From positions 1 through 56,257 of the forward strand of contig JBMFSQ010000014.1 of NCBI GenBank assembly GCA_049967475.1: 56,257 bases of DNA, written 5' to 3'. Source of the stretch: Chthonomonadales bacterium (lineage in GTDB: Bacteria; Armatimonadota; Chthonomonadetes; Chthonomonadales; CAJBBX01). A program made the position numbers and the translations under genes. Below are positions 1 to 9,100 of the stretch, one piece after another (position 1 is the stretch's first letter; the number at the start of each line of letters is the position of its first letter). The notes under the pieces are model-generated. The model saw nothing but the letters and a program-made list of their open reading frames with translations, had not been told where the DNA came from and made no database searches.

Positions 1-472
1 CTACATCGGAAAGGTCGCACAGCCGTTCCGTACGGATCCGCGATGCTCTTCGTTGGGAATCGTAAACACGCGAAGGGAATCGCTGAAAGAAGTGTGCGAA
101 GGTCTCCTGCCGACGGGACGGTTTGACGCGTCTACTCTCCTGCTGTGCCGGTTTGTACGTCCCGTCTAGGGTAGCCTGCAGCTTGGCAATCTCTTCTTGA
201 AGAAGGGGGCCGGCCTCTGGCACTAGGAAGGTGGCTGCGAGTTCCTCCGGCAGGTAGGCTTGCCAGCGCAGGTCCGCCTCGCGCATCCACGATGCGGCCG
301 CAGCGGCGAGGGATGCTATCTCTTCGGCGTAAGCGGGCGTATTATGGTACTTCTGGAGATCGCGAAAGCGTTGGATGACGTGGCGCAGGGCTTCCTCACC
401 CCTGTATATCTTGGGGAAGCCGTCTGGTACAAAGGGATTGCGTTCGTCTTCGTTGCGTGGTATTCTACGCAT
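1..472 (-). CDS. Hypothetical protein, 5' part only (runs off the window edge); probably belongs to a mobile element
   Basis: Not in the ORF track because it has no stop in the window. ATG at 472 is preceded by GAAAGGA. The frame stays open for 157 codons (MRRIPRNEDERNPFVPDGFPKIYRGEEALRHVIQRF...ERLCDLSDV). No family recognised. Confidence 0.7.
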   Translation of the reverse strand, partial: MRRIPRNEDERNPFVPDGFPKIYRGEEALRHVIQRFRDLQKYHNTPAYAEEIASLAAAAASWMREADLRWQAYLPEELAATFLVPEAGPLLQEEIAKLQATLDGTYKPAQQESRRVKPSRRQETFAHFFQRFPSRVYDSQRRASRIRTERLCDLSDV

Positions 473-488
473 CGTTACGTATCCTTTC

Positions 489-534
489 AGCCGCCGTTGG
501 GTTCCCGTCCTAAAGGTCCCAACGGCGGCTTTTC
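489..534. other. Strong hairpin in the 5' leader of the edge ORF; terminator-like on the + strand
   Basis: 13-bp perfect stem AGCCGCCGTTGGG (489-501) / CCCAACGGCGGCT (518-530), followed by a short T run on +. Confidence 0.7.
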
Positions 535-652
535 GTTGTGGTGGCTAGAGTCTACCCGCTGCCGTTACCGGGCTGCCTGGGTGGTGTGGCTGGGCCGCCA
601 GCAGGGTGATTCTGAACCCCCCGCCCACCCCAAGAGTGCCTGAAACCGTACA

Positions 653-1475
653 AGATATTCCCAACTATTGGGCGTATGCCCAACACTTCACTCTTTGCGA
701 CCACTTCTTCTCTTCCCTCTCCGGGCCCAGTGAGCCGAACCACCTATACACCATCGCGGCCCAGTCCGGAGGGTTGGTGAATAATCCACCCCCTGCCGTC
801 GCCGGGCAGGATGACGTATACACCTTCCCAACCATGGTGGAACTCCTCGAAGGATCCAAGGTGTCCTGGAAGTACTATGACGAGAAGCCCAACCCCAAGC
901 GCCACTCGTTATGGAACCCGTTGCCGGGCTTCACCCAGATCCACGACGATCCCAAACGTATGGACCACCTGGTTCCGTTGGCCCAATTCTATGAGGATTT
1001 GCGCACCGGTCATCTGCCGCAGGTGTGTTGGATCGTGCCTACCTTTGCCGACAGCGAGCATCCGCCTGCAGATAGCGCCAGGGGTATGTGGCATGTAACG
1101 GATTTGGTGAATGCCGTGATGCAGAGCCGCTACTGGAAGGATACCGCCATCATCATCACCTGGGATGATTACGGAGGCTTCTTTGACCACGTTCCTCCGC
1201 CCCAGGTGGACCGGTACGGTTTCGGACCTCGTGTGCCTGCGCTCGTGATCTCCCCTTACTCCAGGCCGGGTTTTGTATGCCATACGCGTTTTGACTTTAC
1301 CTCTCCGCTCAAGCTCATCGAGAAGCGCTTCGGCCTCGAGCCCCTTACGGAACGAGACCGCGAAGCCAACGATATGCTGGATTGCTTCAATTTCCGGCAG
1401 AAACCGTTGCCGCCCCTGGTAATCCGGCGGGACACGGTATTGGATTTCAGCAATGTGATTCCCACGCGCCCGTAG
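653..1475 (+). pseudogene. Phosphoesterase / phospholipase C-acid phosphatase family, 5'-truncated
   Basis: Family motifs [39 protein letters not shown] and GPRVP are present. The N-terminal ENRSFD motif and signal peptide are missing. Confidence 0.7.
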
Positions 1476-1761
1476 GTTGTAGGCGCGCGAAGAACCGGCG
1501 GCACATTTTTGCCGAGCTGGGTGCAACCTGCCCGCAGCGCTTACCGTCTAATACGGCTGGAAGTTTCCGAAAGGTCGCTGCGGGTAGGCGCCGGCAGAGA
1601 AGGCCGCAGGCCGTTCGCTTCTCGCCGTTTCAGCGGTTCCAGCGCCAGGCCGCTCACTCCGTCGGATGGGCGGCCGCAACCCGGAACCACGCTGCCTCGC
1701 CTCCCTCTAACGAGGGTCGGGAAGCGGGCGCCTCAGCACGATAAACCCGGTGAAAAAACCC

Positions 1762-1808
1762 TTGACAGCGAGTATCGAGAGTGATATCATTCAACTAAAG
1801 CGCATTAG
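1762..1808 (+). promoter_or_regulatory. sigma70 promoter with a downstream LacI-type operator
   Basis: TTGACA (1762)-N17-TATCAT (1785) with extended TG. CG-centred imperfect palindrome CTAAAGCGCATTAG at 1795-1808. Confidence 0.65.
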
Positions 1809-1933
1809 GCAACCGGTAATCCCGCTGCGTTACGCGTGCGCGGGCCTCAGAAGGCGTACCGCAGCCGGAACCCATGGATCAATCCCTATCACTCTGCGGG
1901 CAACCGCAAGAAAGGAATGGCAGCAGGCGTACT

Positions 1934-2719
1934 TTGAAACGGGGCTTCACCCTCATCGAGCTCCTCGTTGTGATCGCCATCATCGCCATCCTGGCGGCGA
2001 TCCTCTTTCCCGTCTTCGCCCAGGCTCGCGAAAAAGCCCGCGCCATCACCTGCATCAGCAACCAAAAGCAGGTCAATTTGGGCTTCCTCCAGTACGTTCA
2101 GGACTATGACGAAACCTATCCCATGGGCCAGTACATAGACCGTGGGACGGGCATTCAGTACACCTGGGCAGACATGGTCATGCCGTACATCAAAACCGGC
2201 AACAAGTGGGCCCAAGGCGGCGTGTTCGTCTGCCCGTCGTATCCGGATCGGACCCAAGGCTTCCAGTTCAGTCCCAGCTTCGATATGGCGCCCGATGGGC
2301 CGGCGTCGTGGAACGGTTGGGACACGAATCCCCCCGTCACCGCCCTTGCGCAGATTGATCAGCCGGCTCAGAAGATCTTCCTAGTGGAGAAGGGCCGAAA
2401 CGACGCTACGTGGCAATGGCTTACTTGGACTGCCTGGGAATGGGACTGGGTGGATTGGGTAGGTCACGACCTTTCGCATTGTGACGGCGCCAAGCATGTG
2501 GACCTGAACTTCGATTGTGATTACACGGGAACAAGTGGACCCACGTGGGCGGGGTGTGGCATGCATCCGCGCTATCGCCACACCAACACCACGAATGTGT
2601 CCTTCTTCGATGGGCACACCAAGGCCTTCGCCCGAGGCCAAATCAACTGGTGCCGCAATATCTACCTGCCCGTCGGTTACATCGTGAAGAATGGGTGGGG
2701 CTCGTGGTATCCGTACTGA
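1934..2719 (+). CDS. Prepilin-type N-terminal cleavage/methylation protein (DUF1559 / H-X9-DG type)
   Basis: [34 protein letters not shown]-terminus and C-terminal [14 protein letters not shown]. Start uncertain (TTG 1934 or ATG 1874). Confidence 0.9.
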   Translation: MKRGFTLIELLVVIAIIAILAAILFPVFAQAREKARAITCISNQKQVNLGFLQYVQDYDETYPMGQYIDRGTGIQYTWADMVMPYIKTGNKWAQGGVFVCPSYPDRTQGFQFSPSFDMAPDGPASWNGWDTNPPVTALAQIDQPAQKIFLVEKGRNDATWQWLTWTAWEWDWVDWVGHDLSHCDGAKHVDLNFDCDYTGTSGPTWAGCGMHPRYRHTNTTNVSFFDGHTKAFARGQINWCRNIYLPVGYIVKNGWGSWYPY

Positions 2720-2813
2720 GATAATGCGGTCGGCACGGCAAGAGCCGGCGGAGTGCCTGTCCTCCGCGCTATCTTGTGCCCGCCGCCGGCTCCTGCCGTA
2801 GAGGAAGGGCAGT

Positions 2814-3065
2814 ATGAAACGAGAAGCAAAGCTCATCATCCTTGCACTGGTGCTGATTGTGATCGCGGCAGGGCTCTTTGTGCGGTACTTCTCAGCAAGC
2901 AGCAGCGGCACAAGGCCTGGCGCCACGGCGGCAGATATCGAGAAGCAGATCGCGGATATTCAGAACAACCCCCATATGCCGCCGCAGGCCAAGGCCATCG
3001 CGATCAACCAGATCCGAAGCCACGCCGCCGGCATGAGCCAGCCTCTGGCCCCAGGCACCAAATGA
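2814..3065 (+). CDS. Small membrane-anchored hypothetical protein
   Basis: RBS GAGGAAGG, N-terminal hydrophobic helix, followed by a terminator. Confidence 0.7.
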   Translation: MKREAKLIILALVLIVIAAGLFVRYFSASSSGTRPGATAADIEKQIADIQNNPHMPPQAKAIAINQIRSHAAGMSQPLAPGTK

Positions 3066-3084
3066 CGGTGTTCCCCTGATCGGT

Positions 3085-3122
3085 AGGGATGCATCGGAGG
3101 ACCGCCGATGCATCCCTTTTTT
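3085..3122 (+). terminator. Rho-independent terminator
   Basis: Stem AGGGATGCATCGG / CCGATGCATCCCT followed by a T run. Confidence 0.85.
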
Positions 3123-3477
3123 CTGGTTCGGGCCCCTTGTCCGGCGCATAAAGGAACCCGATCGTGAAGCCCTCCCGGAGCCGTTTCAAAAACCCCAAAA
3201 AGGCCCGGGCGTATCCTTGCATCACCCGAGTAGTGCACCCATGCCCTGCAGGCTATAGCCGTCTCTACGAACTGCTTCATGTGTGTCCATGCAGCCTCAG
3301 CTTGGCAAGCGGGCGACACGTTCGGCGCTGAAATCGCGTGTGTCAGCCATACGTCCGAACATCTTCGGCAGGGATCCGAAGGGGCGGCGTTTAACCACCC
3401 ATCTGGATGGAGCGGTTGATCCCCATGGGCGCATGCGGGCCCAGGGAAGCTGCTCGTGGTGTTGTGGAGGTGTCCCT

Positions 3478-6400
3478 ATGCGCAAGATGACCATGCTGAT
3501 TTTGCTCCTTCTGCTCGCTATCCGCGCCGCCGCCCAGAACGATCCGCTGGTAGCGGCATTCAAATCGCCGCCGGCTTCCGCCAAACCTCAAACGTGGTGG
3601 CATTGGATCAATGGGAATACGAGCATCCAGGGCATCATAGCAGACCTCAGAGCCATGAAAGAGGCCGGCATCGGCGGAGCCCAGATTTTCAACGTGGATA
3701 ACGGCTTGCCGGATGGGCCGGTGCCCGTGATGAGCCCCACCTGGCGTACGCACATCGCGGCAGCCATTCGGGAAGCAGGCCGGTTGGGTCTCAAGATTAC
3801 GGTGCATAATTGCCCGGGTTGGTCCAGCAGCGGCGGTCCCTGGATAAAACCCGAGCATGCCATGCAGATGCTGGTGTGGTCCGAGCAAACCGTACACGGG
3901 CCTGCATCCGTAGACGTGGTTCTGAGGCAGCCGCCTACCCGCGAAGGATATTACCGCGACATTGCCGTTTACGCCCTCCCCGTCCCGGAAGATGCTGCCG
4001 CTGCTGCATACCGCATCCCGGACGTTAGGGCGAAGGCTGCCTACGATCGGCCCCCCAATCGGGATCCCCAACTGGATCCCAATGCGCCGCCAGGCATCCC
4101 CCTGGACCGGGTGGTAGATCTCTCCAGCCGGATGGATGCCTCCGGGCACCTTACGTGGCAAGCCCCTGCCGGTACATGGGTGATCTTGCGCATGGGCCAT
4201 ACGTGCACAGGAGCCCATAATGCGCCGGCACCTGCAACCGGGCGCGGCTTGGAAGTAGACAAGCTCAGCCGTGAAGCAATGGACGAGTTTTGGGGCGGCT
4301 TCATGCAGGTGGTGGTGGACCAGGCAGGGCCCCTCGCCGGCAAGGTGCTTTACAATGCCCTTATAGACAGCTACGAAGTGGGCTATCAAAACTGGACGCC
4401 CCGCTTCCGTGAAGAGTTCGTGAAGCGCCGCGGATATGATCCTTTGCCCTATCTGCCGGTGGTGACAGGGCGCGTATTGGGCAGCCAGGAACAGAGTGAG
4501 CGCTTCTTGTGGGATTTCCGCCGGACCGTAGCGGATTTGTACACGGACAACTACTACGGCTACTTCGCAGAGCTTTGCCACAAGCACGGGCTCAAGATGT
4601 CTTGTGAGCCTTACGGCAACGGACCCTTCGATAACCTGGAATGCGGGGGCGTGGCCGATATCCCCATGGGCGAGTTTTGGGTTCCCAACGGCGGGGCGGG
4701 TGAAACCCTCAAGCTTGCAGCTTCGGCAGCCCACACCTACGGGCATCGCATAGCTGGAGCGGAGTCCTTTACTGCCGGTGAGGATGTGAGCGGCTGGAAG
4801 GAGGATCCCTATGCCATCAAAGCGTTGGGCGACTTTGCATTCTGCAGCGGGATCAACCGGTACATTTTCCACCGGTATGCCCATCAGCCTTGGATCAATC
4901 TCTACCCCGGCATGACGATGGGCCCCTGGGGCACGCAGATCGAGCGCACCGTCACCTGGTGGGATCAGGCGCACGCATGGCTCACCTATGTGGCGCGGTG
5001 TCAGCATCTTCTTCAGGAAGGCAAATTCGTGGCGGATCTTTGCTACTTCGAAGGAGAAGCGGGCCCGAATGATCTTCCGGGAAGACCTGCGTTGAGACCT
5101 GCCGTGCCCCCAGGGTACGACTACGACGGATGCGACGTACGTGTGCTCCTGAATAGAATGTCCGTGAAGGGGGGTCGCATCGTCCTGCCGGACGGCATGT
5201 CTTACCGCGTACTCGTGCTTCCCGAAAGCACCTTCATGACGCCCCAGGTCGCGCGCAAGATCCGCAGCTTGGTAGCGGCAGGCGCTGTTGTTGTAGGACC
5301 GCGGCCCGAGCGCTCTCCCAGCCTCAGTGGGTATCCCTCATGCGACGCGGAGGTAGCGCGGATCGGCCGGGAAGTTTGGGGCGATTGCGACGGCCGGACG
5401 GTTACGGTGCACCGTTTTGGGAAAGGCCGCGTGTACTGGGGGCGTCCCCTGGAGCGCGTGCTCCAAGAACTGGGCGCAGGACCCGACTTCAACTTCCGAA
5501 CGGCAGGCGGGGGTCGCGTTTTGTACATTCATCGGAGGATCGGCACGGCCGAGGTCTACTTCGTGTCTAACCAGCAATACCGCCCCGTCGCAGTAGATTG
5601 CCGCTTCCGGGTAACCGGCCGCCAGCCGGAACTCTGGCATCCCGATACCGGGGTGGTGGAAGACGCTCCTGTCTGGCGAGCGGATCACGGCTACACCACC
5701 GTGTCCCTGCGCATGGATCCCGCAGGGTCTGTTTTCGTGGTGTTCCGAAGGCCACCTCGGGGCGAGCATCTGGTGTCCGTCATCCGCCGCGGACCGGGGG
5801 AGGCGGCCAAGCCGGCAGAGCGCATTACCATCCTCAGTGCACGCTACGAGGCTCAGGATGGCAGCCGCGGCGCCGACGTAACCTCCGTCGTGGCCCGCAT
5901 GGTTGCTGAAGGGAACCGTGAAATCCCCGCAACCAACGAGACCTTTGGCGATCCTGTGCCCTTGGTGGTCAAACGCCTCCGCGTGGAGTACACCCTCAAC
6001 GGCAAGGCCATGGAAGCTGTTGTGCCGGAAGGAGGGACCGTTATGCTCGGGAACGCCGTTCAGGTGCCGCCCCAGCCTGATTGGACGGCCCGCGTAGAAC
6101 CCTCCGGTGCGTTGGACGTGATCCCCTGGCGCCCGGGGCGTTACATCCTGCAGACCGCCCAGGGACGCATCCGGACCGTTACCTCAAAGGCCGGGGCTGC
6201 CGAATTGAACGTCCGTGGACCCTGGACCGTCCGCTTCAAGCCCGGCTGGGGGGCTCCGCCGAAGGCCGAGTTCCCGAAGCTTGCATCTTGGACGGATAAT
6301 GCGGACCCGGGCATCCGCTATTTCTCGGGCTGGGCGGTATACACGAAGCGGGTCTATGTGCCGCCTGCCATGGTTGGCGAGGGCAAGACGGTGGTTTTGG

Positions 6401-6771
6401 ATCTTGGCCTCGTTAAGAATTTCGCGGAGGTTACCCTCAACGGGCGCTCCTTGGGCGTTCTTTGGAAGGCTCCGTTCCAGGTGGACGCAACGGGGCTGCT
6501 GAAGCCGGGGTGGAACACCCTCGCAGTGAAGGTAACGAACCTGTGGCCGAACCGCCTCATTGGGGATGAGCAATTGCCGCCCGACGTGGAGTGGCGGGGG
6601 AACGCCATCGCATCCTGGCCGGCTTGGGTTTGGTCCGGCAAGCCACGGCCGAAGACGGGGCGGTATACCTTCACTACTTGGCACTTCTACCGCAAGGACT
6701 CACCGCTTTTTGAGAGCGGCCTGATAGGGCCTGTGGTGATCCGTTCGGCGCAGGTGGTTCGGGTGCGCTAG
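3478..6771 (+). CDS. Secreted alpha-L-rhamnosidase-like glycoside hydrolase (GH106)
   Basis: GGAGG RBS and signal peptide. Motifs PPASAKPQTWWHWINGN, HNCPGWSSSGGPWI, IDSYE, MGEFW, AESFT and a C-terminal sugar-binding beta-sandwich. Confidence 0.88.
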   Translation: MRKMTMLILLLLLAIRAAAQNDPLVAAFKSPPASAKPQTWWHWINGNTSIQGIIADLRAMKEAGIGGAQIFNVDNGLPDGPVPVMSPTWRTHIAAAIREAGRLGLKITVHNCPGWSSSGGPWIKPEHAMQMLVWSEQTVHGPASVDVVLRQPPTREGYYRDIAVYALPVPEDAAAAAYRIPDVRAKAAYDRPPNRDPQLDPNAPPGIPLDRVVDLSSRMDASGHLTWQAPAGTWVILRMGHTCTGAHNAPAPATGRGLEVDKLSREAMDEFWGGFMQVVVDQAGPLAGKVLYNALIDSYEVGYQNWTPRFREEFVKRRGYDPLPYLPVVTGRVLGSQEQSERFLWDFRRTVADLYTDNYYGYFAELCHKHGLKMSCEPYGNGPFDNLECGGVADIPMGEFWVPNGGAGETLKLAASAAHTYGHRIAGAESFTAGEDVSGWKEDPYAIKALGDFAFCSGINRYIFHRYAHQPWINLYPGMTMGPWGTQIERTVTWWDQAHAWLTYVARCQHLLQEGKFVADLCYFEGEAGPNDLPGRPALRPAVPPGYDYDGCDVRVLLNRMSVKGGRIVLPDGMSYRVLVLPESTFMTPQVARKIRSLVAAGAVVVGPRPERSPSLSGYPSCDAEVARIGREVWGDCDGRTVTVHRFGKGRVYWGRPLERVLQELGAGPDFNFRTAGGGRVLYIHRRIGTAEVYFVSNQQYRPVAVDCRFRVTGRQPELWHPDTGVVEDAPVWRADHGYTTVSLRMDPAGSVFVVFRRPPRGEHLVSVIRRGPGEAAKPAERITILSARYEAQDGSRGADVTSVVARMVAEGNREIPATNETFGDPVPLVVKRLRVEYTLNGKAMEAVVPEGGTVMLGNAVQVPPQPDWTARVEPSGALDVIPWRPGRYILQTAQGRIRTVTSKAGAAELNVRGPWTVRFKPGWGAPPKAEFPKLASWTDNADPGIRYFSGWAVYTKRVYVPPAMVGEGKTVVLDLGLVKNFAEVTLNGRSLGVLWKAPFQVDATGLLKPGWNTLAVKVTNLWPNRLIGDEQLPPDVEWRGNAIASWPAWVWSGKPRPKTGRYTFTTWHFYRKDSPLFESGLIGPVVIRSAQVVRVR

Positions 6772-6803
6772 GAGGCCCTGCACCCTTCCAGGGTTCTGCG
6801 GTT

Positions 6804-6843
6804 GGGCTGGAGCAAGGCGATCATTCCCCGCTTGCTCCAGCCC
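6804..6843. terminator. Hairpin between convergent genes
   Basis: 13-bp stem GGGCTGGAGCAAG / CTTGCTCCAGCCC. No clear U tract. Confidence 0.45.
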
Positions 6844-7083
6844 GCGCTTCTCTCGGGTCGTGGCCCGCATCACGCTTGTTGCGCCTGCCTCGGAATGGCA
6901 TGGGCAGCAACGAGTGATCCGTGTAGGGCCGTGGCCCTTGCCTCGATGCGATTAGGCACTCGGCGCGTGCACCCTTCCATTTGCCGGGCACGTGGAGCAG
7001 GCATCTGGTGCGAAGCCAAATGGGGCAGAGTTTTGCCCTGCCCCATGACCTTGTGACGTATTGGAGGTGCAGCCAAAGCGGCC

Positions 7084-8388
7084 TCAGAACTTGATGCCGT
7101 AATCCACCTCGGCCTCAAATTGATGCATTTTGAGGGAGATCGTCTGCTGGCCGGGTACCTCGAGCGGGTTGGGGCCGCTAACGGTTTTGTCTGGTGAGTA
7201 CATGAACGCCATGCTTACCTCACCGTTGCGGCTTACTTTTTTGGTGAAGCCCAAGGTGAAGTGCCATTCCTGCACACCCGGGGCGAGGATGTTGAACAGC
7301 ACTTCCGATGAAGGAATGGGCTGCCGGCCGTAAGCTACTCCAGCTCGAAGTTGCCACGTTGGTGCGGCCTGCCACTGGTAGCCCAACTTGTAGACCGTCA
7401 TATCCCTCCAACCGAACCCGGCGCCGTTGGATCCTCCCAACAAGCCCGAAGGGCTTCCGGAGAAGAGGTTGGAAAGGGGGTTCGCCACTGAGTGCACATC
7501 GCTGTACCAGATATGCTGCACGTCAAACGCGAGAACGGATGCCGGCGAAGGCTTCCATGCAATGCCTAAGGCGCCGGATGCAGGAATATCGAACTTGCCG
7601 CCTTCGGCAAAGAGGTCGCTGTACTTCACGAACCTTCCCATGGTGATCTTGGTTTGGTAGGACGCGGCAACCGTTACGCCCGGCCGCACTTCGGCGAGAA
7701 GGCCCAGGCGAGCCCCGTACCCGTAGGCGTGATCCGTACCCTGGTTTGTGAGGTGGTCGGGCGTGCCGTCGGCTACAAAACCCCCGAAGTTCTTCAGCCC
7801 CCGCGCCTCGAATTGCTGGTAGGCTAGAATGGCGGACACGCCCCAGGACGCATGGGCCCCGAACTTGCGGGAGTAGCTGGGCGTTATGAATAGCTGCATC
7901 AGGTTCACGCCCGTTTGCCCTCCGTAGAACGTTCCCATGCCGCCGGACGCCGATGCCGGGTAGTGGGTGTTCATTCCGCCGTTTCCGTAGATTGCAATGC
8001 CGAAGGCACTGTTGTGGTTCAACATCCAATTGATGGCCATATGGGGGTTCGCAAAGAACTCCTCGCCGCTTTTGACCGTTCCAGGGTAGAGGCCGAATGT
8101 TCCCGGCGCCCCGGACGGAGCACCCGCCACGCTGTACTGCCGTTCGGGGTTGAACAATGCCGCTCCAATCTCAAAGCGGCTCCCCACCAATACGAGCCCA
8201 GCCGGGTTGGTGGATGCGCACATGGCGTCTTGGGGAAATGCCAGGCAGGCTCCGGCCATACCTTTGCACTTGGTACCGTACCCCAGAGTGAAGTAGCCGT
8301 CGGTGGCGCGGGCGGCATTCGGGGCGAAGACGCCGAGCAAGCCGGCCATTAGGACCGGCGTCCAAAATCGAAAGCGTTTCAAGAACAT
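7084..8388 (-). CDS. FadL/OmpP1/TodX-family outer-membrane channel
   Basis: Signal peptide, TDGYFTLGYG..KGMAGA hatch, NPAG motif, alternating beta-strands and a C-terminal Phe. Confidence 0.88.
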   Translation of the reverse strand: MFLKRFRFWTPVLMAGLLGVFAPNAARATDGYFTLGYGTKCKGMAGACLAFPQDAMCASTNPAGLVLVGSRFEIGAALFNPERQYSVAGAPSGAPGTFGLYPGTVKSGEEFFANPHMAINWMLNHNSAFGIAIYGNGGMNTHYPASASGGMGTFYGGQTGVNLMQLFITPSYSRKFGAHASWGVSAILAYQQFEARGLKNFGGFVADGTPDHLTNQGTDHAYGYGARLGLLAEVRPGVTVAASYQTKITMGRFVKYSDLFAEGGKFDIPASGALGIAWKPSPASVLAFDVQHIWYSDVHSVANPLSNLFSGSPSGLLGGSNGAGFGWRDMTVYKLGYQWQAAPTWQLRAGVAYGRQPIPSSEVLFNILAPGVQEWHFTLGFTKKVSRNGEVSMAFMYSPDKTVSGPNPLEVPGQQTISLKMHQFEAEVDYGIKF

Positions 8389-8416
8389 GTCCTCCTTTAA
8401 TGGGTTAGGCGCATAA

Positions 8417-8434
8417 ATGTGAAGGATTTCACAA
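8417..8434. promoter_or_regulatory. Rex-type operator
   Basis: ATGTGAA-GGAT-TTCACAA, one mismatch to TTGTGAA-N4-TTCACAA, about 29 bp upstream of the FadL start. Confidence 0.7.
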
Positions 8435-8509
8435 ATCCGGCTGCGAACAGCCGCGGTTCGACCTGCCGGCCGGCCCGTGCCCGTTACATGCAGGGGCCGG
8501 CCTCAGGAT

Positions 8510-9085
8510 CTAAATGAACAGAGTGGCTTTACTGCTCCCTGCTTCTTGCAGGAACTTTGCGGCGCCTGCGGACTTGATGCCGGGGTAATCAATGAGCTCA
8601 TCCATCGTGAAGCCCATGAGATCCATGCTCATCTGGCACACATAGATCTTCACGCCTGCATCCGCCGCCGTCTTGATGAGCTGTTCCAGAGACATAACGT
8701 TCTTCTTGCGCATGAGGCCCTTCATCATTCCGGTGCCCATCCCGCCGAAATTCATGCGCGAGAGGCGAAGGGCTCCGGCGCCTTTGGGGAGCATCCTGCC
8801 GAACATACGGGCCATAAAGTCCTTGCCCTTGCGGTGTTTGCGCGGATCCCGCAAGGCTGGTGTCGCCCAAAATGTGAAGAACATCACAACTTCTTCAAAC
8901 ATGGCGGCGGCGCCGGTGGCGATAATAAACGCCGCCAGCAGCTTGTCCAAGTCTCCGCTGAAGACGACCATGGAGAGTTTGTCTTCCGGCAGGGATGAGG
9001 ACTTGATCTCCTCCAGTTCCTGCCTAAGCTGCTCAACTTGGGATGCCAGGTCAGATACGCGGATGGTGTCTTCCTGAACCGCCAT
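8510..9085 (-). CDS. DsrE/DsrF-like (DsrE_2, peroxiredoxin-like) sulfur carrier
   Basis: LSMVVFSGDLDK..AAFIIATGAAAM, MFFTFW and the conserved VCQMSMDLMG cysteine. Confidence 0.9.
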   Translation of the reverse strand: MAVQEDTIRVSDLASQVEQLRQELEEIKSSSLPEDKLSMVVFSGDLDKLLAAFIIATGAAAMFEEVVMFFTFWATPALRDPRKHRKGKDFMARMFGRMLPKGAGALRLSRMNFGGMGTGMMKGLMRKKNVMSLEQLIKTAADAGVKIYVCQMSMDLMGFTMDELIDYPGIKSAGAAKFLQEAGSSKATLFI

Positions 9086-9100
9086 TGGGGGGTTCCTCCT

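Larger units (their letters stand above)
1..652 (-). mobile_element. Putative end of a TGT-terminated transposon or insertion element
   Basis: The minus strand reads 5'-TGTACGGTTTCAGG from 652, where phosphoesterase similarity begins abruptly. Two degenerate subterminal GGKTTCAG boxes are present and an inward-reading ORF follows. Confidence 0.45.

Noticed and set aside
260..643. 127-aa plus-strand ORF
   Set aside because: It overlaps the better-supported minus-strand ORF (with RBS) and the hairpin.
606..652. GTG start giving an intact 289-aa phosphoesterase
   Set aside because: The first residues ([15 protein letters not shown]) are not family-like and the catalytic N-terminal motif is absent.
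473..652. omegaRNA or bridge-RNA-type guide locus upstream of the edge ORF
   Set aside because: The ORF lacks PLMP, RuvC or DEDD motifs in the visible part, and only one hairpin is evident.
3391..5007. Long antisense ORFs (also 10365-12131, 15780-17081 and 37310-38431)
   Set aside because: Shadow frames of well-supported genes in GC-rich DNA, with no recognisable motifs.
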